A stretch of 64,000 nt of DNA from a virus (Duplodnaviria; Heunggongvirae; Uroviricota; Caudoviricetes), in the IMG/VR virus record IMGVR_UViG_3300028603_000003; one strand, 5' to 3'. Both the position numbers and the translations under genes were made by a program. Within the stretch, counting starts at the first letter, position 1. Each line of letters starts with the position of its first letter. Below, piece by piece: positions 15,999-25,684 of the stretch. Under the pieces are notes generated by a model. That model had not been told where the DNA came from and searched no databases. It saw nothing but the letters and a program-made list of their open reading frames with translations.

Positions 15999-17303
15999 TT
16001 ACATCAAGTTTACAATCTTGATCTTACGGAAGTAGTTGTTGCTGTTGGCTTGAATGCGGCCAAGACCCTGAGTGGTGCCTTCAGCGAATGGGTTTGCAAC
16101 TAGACCGTAGCGCGTTTTGAAACCGATTCTTGGTGCGAAGGTGTTTGGATCAACTGCACGAACCATCTGTAGTGGAACATATGGAGCGTAGTAGAGGCCA
16201 GCGTCATAGATGTTTGAACCCTTATAGCCTAGAACAGCGAACTGATCAGCGGCGTTTGAGTTAGCCATGTATGGGTCGATGTAGACCTTCATGCCGTTGT
16301 GTAGGGTGCCAGCGTAGGTAGCGCCAGTATCGTCAACAGTTAGCTTGTTGTTGATTTCTGGGGTGTAGCTTAGCTTGCCGGTCATAGCTAGGGCACTTGC
16401 AACGTCTGACGAGCAGATGATGAAGTTGGCCTTGCCGCGACGGGTTAGCTGAGCAACCACGTTAGCTTCGCGTTCTAGTTGGAATAGAAGACCCTTGAAA
16501 CGCTCTTCTGACCAACGACCGTTTGAGTCAACGTCAAGGTCGAAAGTACCAGTAACAGCGGTTGAACCAGCAACGCAACCAATGCGAGCAGTGGCGTAAA
16601 TTGTGCGGATGATTTCGCGGTTCAATTCGGCCAAGATTTCGGTTGATAGGATGTTGGTTAGTTCGCTTTCAGCGTCAAGACCGTGAAGAGCCTTCAAGTC
16701 CTGAGCTAGTTCCAAGCTGTAGTCGGCAGCAAGTGCGCGGCTCTTGGCGTTAACTTGAACCTTCTCGATGGTGAAGCCCATGTTACCGAACACGGCTGGA
16801 GTTCCGGTTGAACCAGCAGCGCCTAGCTGTTCAGCAGAAGCAGTGTCCATACCAGTACCGTTGGTAGCGGTGAAAGGATCAGTTCCTGACTGTGTGCCAG
16901 TACCAGAGAAAGCTGAGTTAGCTTCGTTGTAGAAAGCTTCTTGGCCTGACTGGTTGCTGTAGCGGGTACGCATTGCGAATACTAGGCCGGTTGGCTGTTG
17001 CATTGGCTGAACGCCACAAACGTCATAGGCGATTAGGTTTGGAAGTGAACGACGAACTAGGCTGATTAGCACTGGATCGTACTTGGCGATACCTGCGCCT
17101 GCGTCTGGGTAAGCACCTGTTTGGTTGCCGGGACCAGCTTCGTTAAGAGCCATGCGCTCTTCCTTCATAGCACGCTCTTGGTTCTCTAGAACGATAGCGG
17201 TATGACGACGCTTAACTGGGTCTTGAATCTTGCCGATATCTTCGTGGTCAAGAATTGGCGACCACTTTTCAACAAGCATCTGAGTGTTTTGAGACATTTC
17301 CAT
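15999..17303 (-). CDS. gp23: Major capsid protein
   Basis: LVEKWSPIL, YDPVLISLVRR, CGVQPM..PTGLVFAMR, KSRALAADYSLELAQDLKALHGLDAE, GFKTRYGLVANPF. Confidence 0.99.
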   Translation of the reverse strand: MEMSQNTQMLVEKWSPILDHEDIGKIQDPVKRRHTAIVLENQERAMKEERMALNEAGPGNQTGAYPDAGAGIAKYDPVLISLVRRSLPNLIAYDVCGVQPMQQPTGLVFAMRTRYSNQSGQEAFYNEANSAFSGTGTQSGTDPFTATNGTGMDTASAEQLGAAGSTGTPAVFGNMGFTIEKVQVNAKSRALAADYSLELAQDLKALHGLDAESELTNILSTEILAELNREIIRTIYATARIGCVAGSTAVTGTFDLDVDSNGRWSEERFKGLLFQLEREANVVAQLTRRGKANFIICSSDVASALAMTGKLSYTPEINNKLTVDDTGATYAGTLHNGMKVYIDPYMANSNAADQFAVLGYKGSNIYDAGLYYAPYVPLQMVRAVDPNTFAPRIGFKTRYGLVANPFAEGTTQGLGRIQANSNNYFRKIKIVNLM

Positions 17304-17355
17304 GTTTCAGTTTCCTTTTGAATAATTGAGTTTGATTGATAGAAACAATCTATAA

Positions 17356-17364
17356 CTATTTATG
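17356..17364 (-). promoter_or_regulatory. Late promoter for gp23
   Basis: CATAAATAG, a variant of the T4 late TATAAATA box. Confidence 0.75.
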
Positions 17365-17384
17365 ATTAAATTATTTTAAGCTTA

Positions 17385-19154
17385 TCAACCGCGCTTGAGC
17401 ATCTTTGCGTAGATGTCAACGGTAGATAGTTGCTTTTCTTCTTCTTTCTTCTCTTCGGTCAGAACTTCCTTGTCTGCCTTCTTGCCAAAGAATGATTCCT
17501 TGATAATCTCCAGCTTCCCTTGGAAAGTCTTTTCCGATTCGAAATCAACCTTTTCGGTTAGCTTTTCGAAACGCAGTTTCTGAGTTTCGGTCAGACCTTG
17601 AGAGGCTTCAGCGATGATCATCTTACGCTTCAATTCCTTGTTCTCTTTTGCTAGGTCCGAGTAGCCCTTTACCGATTCTTCTAGCTTGGTTTCTAGAGTC
17701 TGAATCGTTTCTTCTTGTGCACCAATCAAATCGAACTTTTCATCAGGAACATCGATATAATGCTCTTTGAATAGTCCCTTTAGACCATCAATAAATTCTT
17801 CGGTGAGTTCGGCACGTAGATTGCCCACCAAAGCTACTTTGTTTTCATTAACCCATTGATCAACTTCATAGTTGAGGAATGAATCAATTTTTTCTACAAT
17901 TGTGTCTTCTACAATTGAAATCTGCTTAGAAAGCTTCTGATCGTATTCTTCACGAATAGTCTTAAGCTTCACTGAATACTTAGCCTTAACGCGATCTTCA
18001 ACTAGTTTCTTGTGTTGCTCTAGCTTTTCGTTTAGAGCGGCTTCGAAGATTACACGAGTTTTTTCTTTAAAATCTTCTGAAAGAGTTTCGCCTGAGAGCA
18101 ATGATTCGATAACGTCTTCAGTTTCTGGTTCGTTAGCAGAATCTTCGAAAATCTTGATTCCCTTAGCGCGCAGTGCATTTCTTAGTTGAGCTAAGCTGAA
18201 TGGTTCTTTGTCGTGAACATTGAATGGTTTTCCGAAAGCTGGATAGATTTTATTTAGTTCATCTGTAGAAGCCAACTTTTTGTTTTTTAGCGCGTTGAAT
18301 AGCCCAACAACGCCGGAGATTCTGTCCTTGTCGAATGTGCGCTTTATTTCTGCGAATGCATCAGGGTCAGAATTTTTTAGGTCAACCAACTTATCGACAA
18401 CAAACTCTAGTGCGGGTGAGTCTTCCTTTGAGAATGTGTCTTTGGCAAATGAAGAAATCTTTTCTTTTGCTGTACCGAATTTGTCTTTTACGTTGTCGAA
18501 TACGCCTTCCTTGACTTCCTCTTCGCCTTCTTCTTCGCGAGACTCTTCGTCTTCGTGTTCTGGAGAAACAACAACTACAGTGACTCTTTCGTCTTCAGGC
18601 ATCTCACCTTCTTCGCCAGCAGGAGCTTCTTCGTCGTCAAACTCGCCTGCAACCTCATCAGAAGCCACAGGAGCCTCTTCTTCGCCTTCTAGGTCGCCTA
18701 GCTCATCACCGAGGCCAAGATCGTCTTCTGCGCCAGCAGGAGCTTCTTCTTCACCCTCTTTGTCCTCACCTTCTTTTTCTTCTTCGTCGTCGCCAGCAGC
18801 TTCAGTTAGCTCGTCATTTAGTCGAGCAACGATTTCTTGAGCTTCTTCTTCAGAATCTGCAACGTGCACAACTTCACCGTCAGCGTCCACAACGTTAACG
18901 CCATCGGCGGTGTAACTTGCCTTGCCTTCAGCTTCTTGAACTTCGTCTAGGTCTTCTTCGCCGAAGGATTCTTTTAGTTGCTTACGAAGGTCTTTTACTT
19001 TTGTTGTAAGCTTGGTAACGTCCTTGCCATCTTTCTTGAGCTTCTTAATCTTCTCTTGAGTGGCTTTCAATTCGGCCTTGACCTTTTCCTTGTCAACTGC
19101 CGAAGGCTTCTTACCTTCCTGAAGCATTTGACGAATGGTATCTTCTAGTGCCAT
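17385..19154 (-). CDS. gp22: Prohead core scaffold protein with an ~340-aa N-terminal extension
   Basis: C-terminal LSEDFKEKTRVIFEAAL...IDSFLNYEVDQWVNENK...F..GLK.LF.EHYIDVP is canonical gp22; position between gp21 and gp23. Confidence 0.92.
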   Translation of the reverse strand: MALEDTIRQMLQEGKKPSAVDKEKVKAELKATQEKIKKLKKDGKDVTKLTTKVKDLRKQLKESFGEEDLDEVQEAEGKASYTADGVNVVDADGEVVHVADSEEEAQEIVARLNDELTEAAGDDEEEKEGEDKEGEEEAPAGAEDDLGLGDELGDLEGEEEAPVASDEVAGEFDDEEAPAGEEGEMPEDERVTVVVVSPEHEDEESREEEGEEEVKEGVFDNVKDKFGTAKEKISSFAKDTFSKEDSPALEFVVDKLVDLKNSDPDAFAEIKRTFDKDRISGVVGLFNALKNKKLASTDELNKIYPAFGKPFNVHDKEPFSLAQLRNALRAKGIKIFEDSANEPETEDVIESLLSGETLSEDFKEKTRVIFEAALNEKLEQHKKLVEDRVKAKYSVKLKTIREEYDQKLSKQISIVEDTIVEKIDSFLNYEVDQWVNENKVALVGNLRAELTEEFIDGLKGLFKEHYIDVPDEKFDLIGAQEETIQTLETKLEESVKGYSDLAKENKELKRKMIIAEASQGLTETQKLRFEKLTEKVDFESEKTFQGKLEIIKESFFGKKADKEVLTEEKKEEEKQLSTVDIYAKMLKRG

Positions 19155-19190
19155 AATGGGTTAAACTCCTAGTTTATTTGTGTTATATAG

Positions 19191-19199
19191 CTATTTATA
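19191..19199 (-). promoter_or_regulatory. Late promoter for gp22
   Basis: TATAAATAG. Confidence 0.75.
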
Positions 19200-19219
19200 C
19201 TGGTTTATTTTTGAAACAA

Positions 19220-19867
19220 TCACTTAAGAACTTTGAAGCTGTCAATGTATTCTTTGAATAGCTTAAAATAAGTTTCTTGAAGTTGGGCTTTGCTTGCTTG
19301 CCTGACCGTTTCTCTAAATCTTTCTTGCCATTCTCCATCCACAAATTCCCATTCTTTTGATTCATAAATTGCTTCAACAAGGCTAGAGTAATTCGAAGGA
19401 TCATGTACGATATCAACGGTAGCCAACATGAAGTCATCCTGAACTTCATTAACTCCGTTTACTTCTCTAACAGACCCAAGTGCCCGAGTGCTTACTCCAA
19501 GTTTCACTCCACCTTCGAGTAGAGCTTTGGCTTGTTTGCCACATGGGGTATCTAGAATTTTAGCTTTACCCATAAGTTCTTTTCCTTCAAAGTGAAGGTC
19601 TTCAATCAAATGGGAAACTCTGTCTAGATTAATTGTTGCGCTATCTGGGTGATTGAGTTCTCCGACAGCACGCTTAGTGTTTACATATTCGTCGATGTAC
19701 TTCTCTACGGCAGGCTTCAAAACGCGCATCGGATAAATGCGCTTGTTTTTGTTTGGGGTGTCAGCCGAAGAAAAAGACCCGGTCAAGTAGTATTGCTTTA
19801 CACCGTCAACTGATTCGGTGATAATTTCTACTTTTGTATTGGAAGGTTCTACGATTAGTCTTGCCAT
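19220..19867 (-). CDS. gp21: Prohead protease
   Basis: NKNKRIYP, AVGELNHP, INLDRVSH, GKAKILDTPCG, LGVSTRALGS, DIVHDPS. Confidence 0.97.
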   Translation of the reverse strand: MARLIVEPSNTKVEIITESVDGVKQYYLTGSFSSADTPNKNKRIYPMRVLKPAVEKYIDEYVNTKRAVGELNHPDSATINLDRVSHLIEDLHFEGKELMGKAKILDTPCGKQAKALLEGGVKLGVSTRALGSVREVNGVNEVQDDFMLATVDIVHDPSNYSSLVEAIYESKEWEFVDGEWQERFRETVRQASKAQLQETYFKLFKEYIDSFKVLK

Positions 19868-19879
19868 TTTATTCTTCTA

Positions 19880-20449
19880 TTAGCTTCTTAATGGGTGATC
19901 TGCATCGCCATAACCGCCGACCTTTCTTACCTCAATAATCAAGGTAGAAGAGAAAGTTCCTGAAAGGGTTACTACGATGTCACTAGTGTTGTTTTCTGAC
20001 AGAGAGAAGCCGTCGAATTGCCAAATTCCTGATCGGGTAAAAGACAAAACATCAACTCCATTCCGAGTGATCTTAATTCCACCAGTAACGTCGGTGTCAT
20101 AGTAAACCTTGTTGATATTTACTTTTGATACTCCAGCGGTATAAACCTGACTGTCGAAAGTGTAGACCCCGGACGAATCAGCGGTTGTCGGAGCAGACAG
20201 GGTTACATAGTGGTCATGAATTTCGGTGACTGTTGTACCCGGAGTAATCCCGGTTCCAGAAACGGTTCCTCCAATTACAATGCCCAATGTATCTCTAACC
20301 TTGATTATGCTGTCTCCATTCTCGAAGAAAGCTTCTTTGTCGTTTGTTTCTACGAGACTAGAGAGAGTAATGGTGTGTGACCCATTGCCCACAAGCTTAA
20401 CCACAGAGTGATTAAGCGTTTTCTTTAGAGTGGTTGCGGTTACAGGCAT
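19880..20449 (-). CDS. Conserved T4-like head-region beta-rich protein with an inserted VSGTGITPGTTV module
   Basis: Lies between gp67 and gp21; ends IEVRKVGGY; internal VSGTGITPGTTVTEI...VTLSAPTT is a module common in phage structural proteins. Confidence 0.55.
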   Translation of the reverse strand: MPVTATTLKKTLNHSVVKLVGNGSHTITLSSLVETNDKEAFFENGDSIIKVRDTLGIVIGGTVSGTGITPGTTVTEIHDHYVTLSAPTTADSSGVYTFDSQVYTAGVSKVNINKVYYDTDVTGGIKITRNGVDVLSFTRSGIWQFDGFSLSENNTSDIVVTLSGTFSSTLIIEVRKVGGYGDADHPLRS

Positions 20450-20454
20450 TTAAA

Positions 20455-20616
20455 TTACTCCTGATCCTTGTTAAAGAATTCCTTGGCAACGTCTGTCTTA
20501 AGGCTCTGAACTTTCTCCAGAGCCTTTTGTGAAAAGACCTTGCTAAAAGATTCTTGGGCTTCAAGGTGCTTTCCTTGAACAACCTTTTGAATCATGTTTC
20601 TAATTTCTTCTTTCAT
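20455..20616 (-). CDS. gp67: Prohead core protein gp67-like (53 aa)
   Basis: Below the track cutoff; MKEEIRNMIQKVVQGKHLEAQESFSKVFSQKALEKVQSLKTDVAKEFFNKDQE resembles T4 gp67; late promoter CATAAATAG at 20647-20655. Confidence 0.75.
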   Translation of the reverse strand: MKEEIRNMIQKVVQGKHLEAQESFSKVFSQKALEKVQSLKTDVAKEFFNKDQE

Positions 20617-20650
20617 TGTTTGAACCTTTAAATTAATCTGTTACGACTAT

Positions 20651-22366
20651 TTATGCTTGTCTTTGTGTTGGGGGAGCGAATGTCACTTCTCCCCCAGAAG
20701 CTGGCTCTGCTGCGGTTGTCTCGGGAGCCTCAGTTTCTGCGCCAATTTCTGGAAGTTCTCCTTCCATGTCGGCACCAAAGTCAACAGGCGATCCGCCACC
20801 CAAATCCCCACCAAGATCGCCAAGGCCACCAGCAGCGCCAGTTGGAGCAGGCTTGTATTCCTTCGGGTTGAATGTGCGTTCCTTTTCGATTTGATCTTCC
20901 ATCTCCTTCGCTTCTTGCGCAGTCATTCCTAGAACTGTGCGATACACATACTGGCGAGAAAAATAGGTTCCAATGTAAGAGTCAATTTTTCCAAGAACGT
21001 CTAGTCGATCATTTAAAAGTTCAATGTCTTTTAGTTCAGTAAAGTTGTTGTCCTTACTGAAGATTATTTTGATGTCCTTGACAATTTCTTCCCACTCTTC
21101 GATTGTCATGATACCCTTTAGTACGCACTGAATTTTTAGCGCGTCTAGGATTAGACCTGAGAATCTTCTGCGAAGCTTGTCGATGAACTTGGAAAACTTC
21201 AATTCATCTCGGGTTACTTCAGAACTTCTTCCAAGACTAAACGCCTTGTCTTCTTGAAGTCTTGATAGTGGCACGTTAAGTGCTTGATATAGCTTGTTCT
21301 GGAAGTACACAACGTCTTCAATTTTGTCTAGAGCTTGTGCACCGGGAAGTGTGGTAACGTCTGCGGATTTGGCATCACCATAAACAGGCAACCACAAATC
21401 CTCTTGCATAGACATGAACTTTTTGTCGTCACGAACTTCACCTGTCTTTCCGTCATAGACCATTTTGTTTCTATACTGAGAAATCATCTTTCTCATGTAG
21501 CCTTCTTGCTGAGTCTTTGGCAAATGGCCGACAGGAATTTTAAATACTCTGCGCTCTGATGCCCGACTCAAACGATAGATGACGATAGCGTCTTCCATCA
21601 TGCGAAGTTGGTTTGCTGGACGAATTGCTTTGTGTAGGAAGCTAAGAACGTTTTGTGTCGATGGATCGGTCAGACCAGAGGTGCAATATAGAATCGAGTC
21701 TGGAGAAATCTTTAGGTGTTGTGAAGTTTGTGATGCTGGTTGTCCGACTTGACTGTTAGCAGAAGTTCCCCCAAAACCAGAATCAGAATAAACAAAATAT
21801 TCTTCTTTCTTGTGAAGCATTTGTGCGCCAGTGGAAGCCTGAACAGTTTCGTATTCAGTTACCTTCTTCATCTTGATTGCATCAATCAAACGAAGGTCGT
21901 TGATGCCTCTTTGAATGTGTTTCGGGTCAATTAGAATGTGGTAATAAATCTTCCCATCGACATACCAGCGACGAAAGATTTCAGATGCAGATTCTCTAAA
22001 GTCCAATAGGTCAAGAACATTGTAGAACTCGTGTTCGACAAAGTCTTTGATTCTGTCATCAACCTCAACAAACTCCAAATCCAACTTCACAATGTCGCCA
22101 TTGGAGTCTTCGCAGATTGCTTCGTTTACGATATCTTGAATTCCTTGATCAACTTCAGGGTAAAGAGAGATTTCTCTGTACCTGCGAACAAGTTCAGTTT
22201 CGCTTCGTGTAAGCCCTTCGATGTCGATGAAAGTTCCATAGAAGCCAGCGACCGTAGAAATAGGGAACGACCCATCGTCCGAAACTTCTGGTGAGAATGT
22301 CGGAGAGTTGTCTTTGTCTTCTTTTGATCTTACAATTTTAAACCCGAATAGATCGGTAAATGCCAT
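20651..22366 (-). CDS. gp20: Portal vertex protein
   Basis: YREISLYPEVD..I.DIVNEAI, FRRWYVDG, LSFLHKAIRPANQLRMMEDAIVIYRLSRA.ERRVF, RDELKF.KFI; acidic Pro/Gly-rich tail. Confidence 0.98.
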   Translation of the reverse strand: MAFTDLFGFKIVRSKEDKDNSPTFSPEVSDDGSFPISTVAGFYGTFIDIEGLTRSETELVRRYREISLYPEVDQGIQDIVNEAICEDSNGDIVKLDLEFVEVDDRIKDFVEHEFYNVLDLLDFRESASEIFRRWYVDGKIYYHILIDPKHIQRGINDLRLIDAIKMKKVTEYETVQASTGAQMLHKKEEYFVYSDSGFGGTSANSQVGQPASQTSQHLKISPDSILYCTSGLTDPSTQNVLSFLHKAIRPANQLRMMEDAIVIYRLSRASERRVFKIPVGHLPKTQQEGYMRKMISQYRNKMVYDGKTGEVRDDKKFMSMQEDLWLPVYGDAKSADVTTLPGAQALDKIEDVVYFQNKLYQALNVPLSRLQEDKAFSLGRSSEVTRDELKFSKFIDKLRRRFSGLILDALKIQCVLKGIMTIEEWEEIVKDIKIIFSKDNNFTELKDIELLNDRLDVLGKIDSYIGTYFSRQYVYRTVLGMTAQEAKEMEDQIEKERTFNPKEYKPAPTGAAGGLGDLGGDLGGGSPVDFGADMEGELPEIGAETEAPETTAAEPASGGEVTFAPPTQRQA

Positions 22367-22384
22367 GATGTACGTCCTTCATAT

Positions 22385-22411
22385 GACTCGGGGGCATAAT
22401 GCCCCCGAGTT
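22385..22411 (-). terminator. Hairpin terminator after gp19
   Basis: ACTCGGGGGCA-TAA-TGCCCCCGAGT inverted repeat. Confidence 0.75.
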
Positions 22412-22428
22412 TGTTGTTTTCTACTCTA

Positions 22429-22968
22429 TTAAACTACGTTACTCGCTAGGCGACCTTCCGTAGTCCAATATTGATATTGGAAAGTTACAGTGAAAGTCTC
22501 AATAGTATTTAGAGTGTCAAAAGACAATTCAATCGCGCTGACGTTTTCTGGGTATGCGCCAATCATTTTGTAAGTCTTGAGTTCATTTCCGTTTCTGTCA
22601 AGTTGAGTGACATACAAGTCTTGCCAATATGCAGCAGGCTCAAGTGCTCCGGTGTTGTCGCGGTTCTTGTTCATCAACTCCGACCAGTTTTCGAGAGCGT
22701 TGCGAACTCTGAAATCGTTGTCGTTGATGATAGTAACGGTCCAAGGTTCAAATGATCTATCACCAGAAGTTTTTACTGCACGACCTCTGTAGTAGGTTTC
22801 GATTGTCCCAACCGTAGAGGCTGGAAGCGAACCACCAGAACAGAAGAATTCTGTAAGAATTGTTGCTCCGGTGCCATCAACCAAAGGAAAGTTTAGCTGA
22901 ATTTTAAATTGGTTAGGGCGAATACCCCCACCGTAGAAGGCTGATTTGAACTGGTCAATGTTTGCCAT
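22429..22968 (-). CDS. gp19: Tail tube protein
   Basis: GGIRPNQF, LPASTVG.I...YRGR.VK..GDRSFEPWTVTIIND.DF.VRNALE.W, YP..VS.I.L.FD. Confidence 0.97.
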   Translation of the reverse strand: MANIDQFKSAFYGGGIRPNQFKIQLNFPLVDGTGATILTEFFCSGGSLPASTVGTIETYYRGRAVKTSGDRSFEPWTVTIINDNDFRVRNALENWSELMNKNRDNTGALEPAAYWQDLYVTQLDRNGNELKTYKMIGAYPENVSAIELSFDTLNTIETFTVTFQYQYWTTEGRLASNVV

Positions 22969-23000
22969 TTTGTTTTATTGCTCCTGTGAATCTTTATTGT

Positions 23001-23031
23001 TATTTATAAGGGGCATATTTCAGCCCCTTAT
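23001..23031 (-). terminator. gp18 terminator overlapping the gp19 late promoter
   Basis: ATAAGGGGC...GCCCCTTAT hairpin whose 3' arm runs into TATAAATA (23001-23008). Confidence 0.7.
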
Positions 23032-23056
23032 CGCAGTATTAGAAGTTAACCGGCAA

Positions 23057-24985
23057 TTATCCGCCAGTAATTTCACTGAAGCTAACGTCGCTACGAACTG
23101 CACTGAATGTCAACTGAATGAAGTTAATGCTATAAGCTGGCTGAACAAGGATGTCTCCCCTGAACTCGTTGCGCATGATAACTTCTGCTGTGTTGTTTGT
23201 TTCGTCGCACACAACCTTGAATGCGGTGATGCCTTCGCGTCCCTGAATTTCTCTCAAGAATGGTTCAACATATGCCCTGAATTGACTTCTAGTAGAAGCA
23301 GTGTTGTTCTCAAAGAGTTGGTACTGAGCAGCGCGAGCAATGGCTTTGCGCATAACAATAAACAATCTGCGAACGTTGAGTCTGTCGAATGCGCTAGGTC
23401 TGCTGGATAGAGTCTTGTCTCCATATAGAATTACGCCTTGACCGGGGAAGCTAACTACAGGGTTAATTCCAGCCGAATACAAAACATCTCTTTGAGTTTT
23501 GTTTGGATTGATTCCAAGCTTAACCACGTTCTTCAGTTGGCCTCTATTAAAACCAGCAGGAGATTTCCAAGCATCTGCTACTTGGTCTGACCTAGAAGTA
23601 AGACCAGCAATGTCACCGTTCAAAGGAACCCAACGATAGATGTCGTTGTACTTGTCATACTGGTATTTCCATCCGCTATCCATAAAGGCGTAAGTTGAAT
23701 TTGCATTCAGCGTTGTTTTGCGGTAAGTTACAATGTCGTCAATCTTGTCAGATGTAGACCCGATGATTGGACCGCCTGTTGGGGACACAGGTGAAAGATA
23801 TACGACGATGTCTTGCCTTGTTTCAGCCAGTGCCACCAATTCATTAGCAACAGTTGCGTTTGCAGGTCCAGAGATTAGAAGCGAGAAATCGTAAGTTTCT
23901 GCGTTCTCGAACTCTTCGTAAGCTAGGATGATTTCACCGTCAGCGGCATCTCCGCCGTCGTCGCCGTTGGCGAGAGTTTGGGTGATGGCTGTTGTGATTG
24001 TTTTAAACGCAGTAACAGGACTCACAACTGAACCGAAAGAAAGTCCGGTAGCGCCAAGTCCAGAAGTGGTGTGGCTCATCCACCAGATATACTTCGAAGT
24101 GCGGTTTACAATGTTTACATAGTAGTTAGAACCCTGACCGAAAAGTGTTGCATCAGAAGCTTTTGAAACAAACGCAAACTTTTCGATAACTGCACCCGGA
24201 ACGCCACCAATCAAACCATCAGTGTCAACAACAACGATGTGCATTTCGTCGTTTGCTGTTGGGTTTAGAGTGTAAGCATAAGCCGAGGTGCCGGGAGCGT
24301 CTGTGAATTCGTTCTTATAGTCCCATGCATCAAAGGATGCTGAGTCAGCAATAGAAACCTTCAGAGAGTTTCCGACAACACCGGGATACTTTGCTGCCCA
24401 CTGACCTGCAAAAGCTCTTTCAGTCGAACTCATCAGGTCGTAATGGCCTTCGTTATTAACCACCACTTTCTTAACGATAGAGAATGTTAGGTCGGTGTCA
24501 GTTACTGGAGAGTTACGGTCAAGTTGAAGCGAAAGATCGGTAGAAATTGTCTCTACATAACCGTAGAATGTTTCTGTTCCAGAAACGAAAACTAGTTTGT
24601 CACCAAGGTCTAGCTCTGTTTCGAAAAGTGTGCCAACACCTGTTACTGTGGGGTCGCCAGCGATTACAGAAATAGTTCCGGTTCTAGCAATCTCTTCTGC
24701 TGTCGAAGCGTTTCTGGCATATTTCAATTCTGCGCGATTAACCAAAAGGTTAGACGCATAGGCCAAGAAGTTAGCCGCACTGAAGAAGTAGCTAGCGGTG
24801 CGGTCGGTAGGTTTTCCAAAGACTGTTGCAAGTTCAGCCTCGTTTGTAATCAGGTATGGGTAGCCGACTGGACCCCAATCAAACACGCCAGCAATAGCTG
24901 CGGCAGTGGTTGACACTCCCGGAACAATACCTGTTAGATCGCGCTCAATTGTGACAACACCGGCAGAAAGTTGAGCAGTTGCCAT
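23057..24985 (-). CDS. gp18: Tail sheath protein
   Basis: LSAGVVTIERDLT, FDWGP, AAKYPG..GNSLKV, KYQYDKYND.YRWVPLNGDIAGL, W.SPAGFNRG, FDRLNVRRLF. Confidence 0.98.
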   Translation of the reverse strand: MATAQLSAGVVTIERDLTGIVPGVSTTAAAIAGVFDWGPVGYPYLITNEAELATVFGKPTDRTASYFFSAANFLAYASNLLVNRAELKYARNASTAEEIARTGTISVIAGDPTVTGVGTLFETELDLGDKLVFVSGTETFYGYVETISTDLSLQLDRNSPVTDTDLTFSIVKKVVVNNEGHYDLMSSTERAFAGQWAAKYPGVVGNSLKVSIADSASFDAWDYKNEFTDAPGTSAYAYTLNPTANDEMHIVVVDTDGLIGGVPGAVIEKFAFVSKASDATLFGQGSNYYVNIVNRTSKYIWWMSHTTSGLGATGLSFGSVVSPVTAFKTITTAITQTLANGDDGGDAADGEIILAYEEFENAETYDFSLLISGPANATVANELVALAETRQDIVVYLSPVSPTGGPIIGSTSDKIDDIVTYRKTTLNANSTYAFMDSGWKYQYDKYNDIYRWVPLNGDIAGLTSRSDQVADAWKSPAGFNRGQLKNVVKLGINPNKTQRDVLYSAGINPVVSFPGQGVILYGDKTLSSRPSAFDRLNVRRLFIVMRKAIARAAQYQLFENNTASTRSQFRAYVEPFLREIQGREGITAFKVVCDETNNTAEVIMRNEFRGDILVQPAYSINFIQLTFSAVRSDVSFSEITGG

Positions 24986-25012
24986 AAAAATTCTCCTAGA
25001 GTGAAATTAAAT

Positions 25013-25042
25013 TTGCATCCTTAGCATGCAATACTGTATAAT
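25013..25042 (+). promoter_or_regulatory. Sigma70-type promoter for the HNH gene
   Basis: TTGCAT-N18-TATAAT. Confidence 0.5.
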
Positions 25043-25074
25043 TTAATGTGATAGATTGTTTATCTACTTACCTA

Positions 25075-25087
25075 CTATTTATAAGTA
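25075..25087. promoter_or_regulatory. Late promoter for gp18 overlapping a TATAAGTA on the + strand
   Basis: ctatttataagta reads TATAAATAG on - and TATAAGTA on +. Confidence 0.6.
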
Positions 25088-25116
25088 GGCGTTTTTTGTT
25101 ATTTTGGAGTGAACGC

Positions 25117-25677
25117 ATGGCTGAAATGTTAGAAATTGGAAATCTCCGTCAGTATCTTGGTTTGGCGACAAACAAGCACAACAAATATAAAAGTAAAAAT
25201 TGGCTAAGAGGGTGGCGCATGAACAAGATGGAAATGCAATTATTTGGAATCACACAGGACGTTTATGGGTATGACTTGGCACAATATTTAGACAACAAGC
25301 CGATAGTCCCTGTAAAGGAAGTGATTCTAGACATTTACAGAAAGTACAAAACCCAGTCCGTAAGAAGAGTTGCAGTGTGGTGTTATCCAGAAAAGTTTAC
25401 ATTTTCTGAAAATTATTGGAAAAAGTGCAGGGAGCAGATTTTAGCTTCAAGACTGAACATTTGTGTTGTTTGTGGCTCCACCGAAAATCTACACGTTGAC
25501 CACAAACTTCCAAAGTCAAAGTATCCTCATTTAATGTATTGTACGGACAACCTTCAAATATTGTGTGAAACCTGCAATCTCAAAAAGGGAACTAAGGTAG
25601 AAAAGAAGTATTTAACTGAACTAAAACACTTGCTATCCTTGGATGTTAGTGAAGTCTATGTAGACGATGTCTTGTGA
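25117..25677 (+). CDS. Free-standing HNH endonuclease (putative homing endonuclease)
   Basis: CVVCGSTENLHVDHKLPKSKYP...DNLQILCETCNLKKG; antisense between gp17 and gp18; start at 25117 behind GGAG. Confidence 0.88.
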   Translation: MAEMLEIGNLRQYLGLATNKHNKYKSKNWLRGWRMNKMEMQLFGITQDVYGYDLAQYLDNKPIVPVKEVILDIYRKYKTQSVRRVAVWCYPEKFTFSENYWKKCREQILASRLNICVVCGSTENLHVDHKLPKSKYPHLMYCTDNLQILCETCNLKKGTKVEKKYLTELKHLLSLDVSEVYVDDVL

Positions 25678-25684
25678 AATACCA

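Noticed and set aside
18280-18840. 186-aa Ser-rich + strand ORF
   Set aside because: Mirror of the Glu/Asp-rich gp22 linker (GAA codons read as TCT/TTC).
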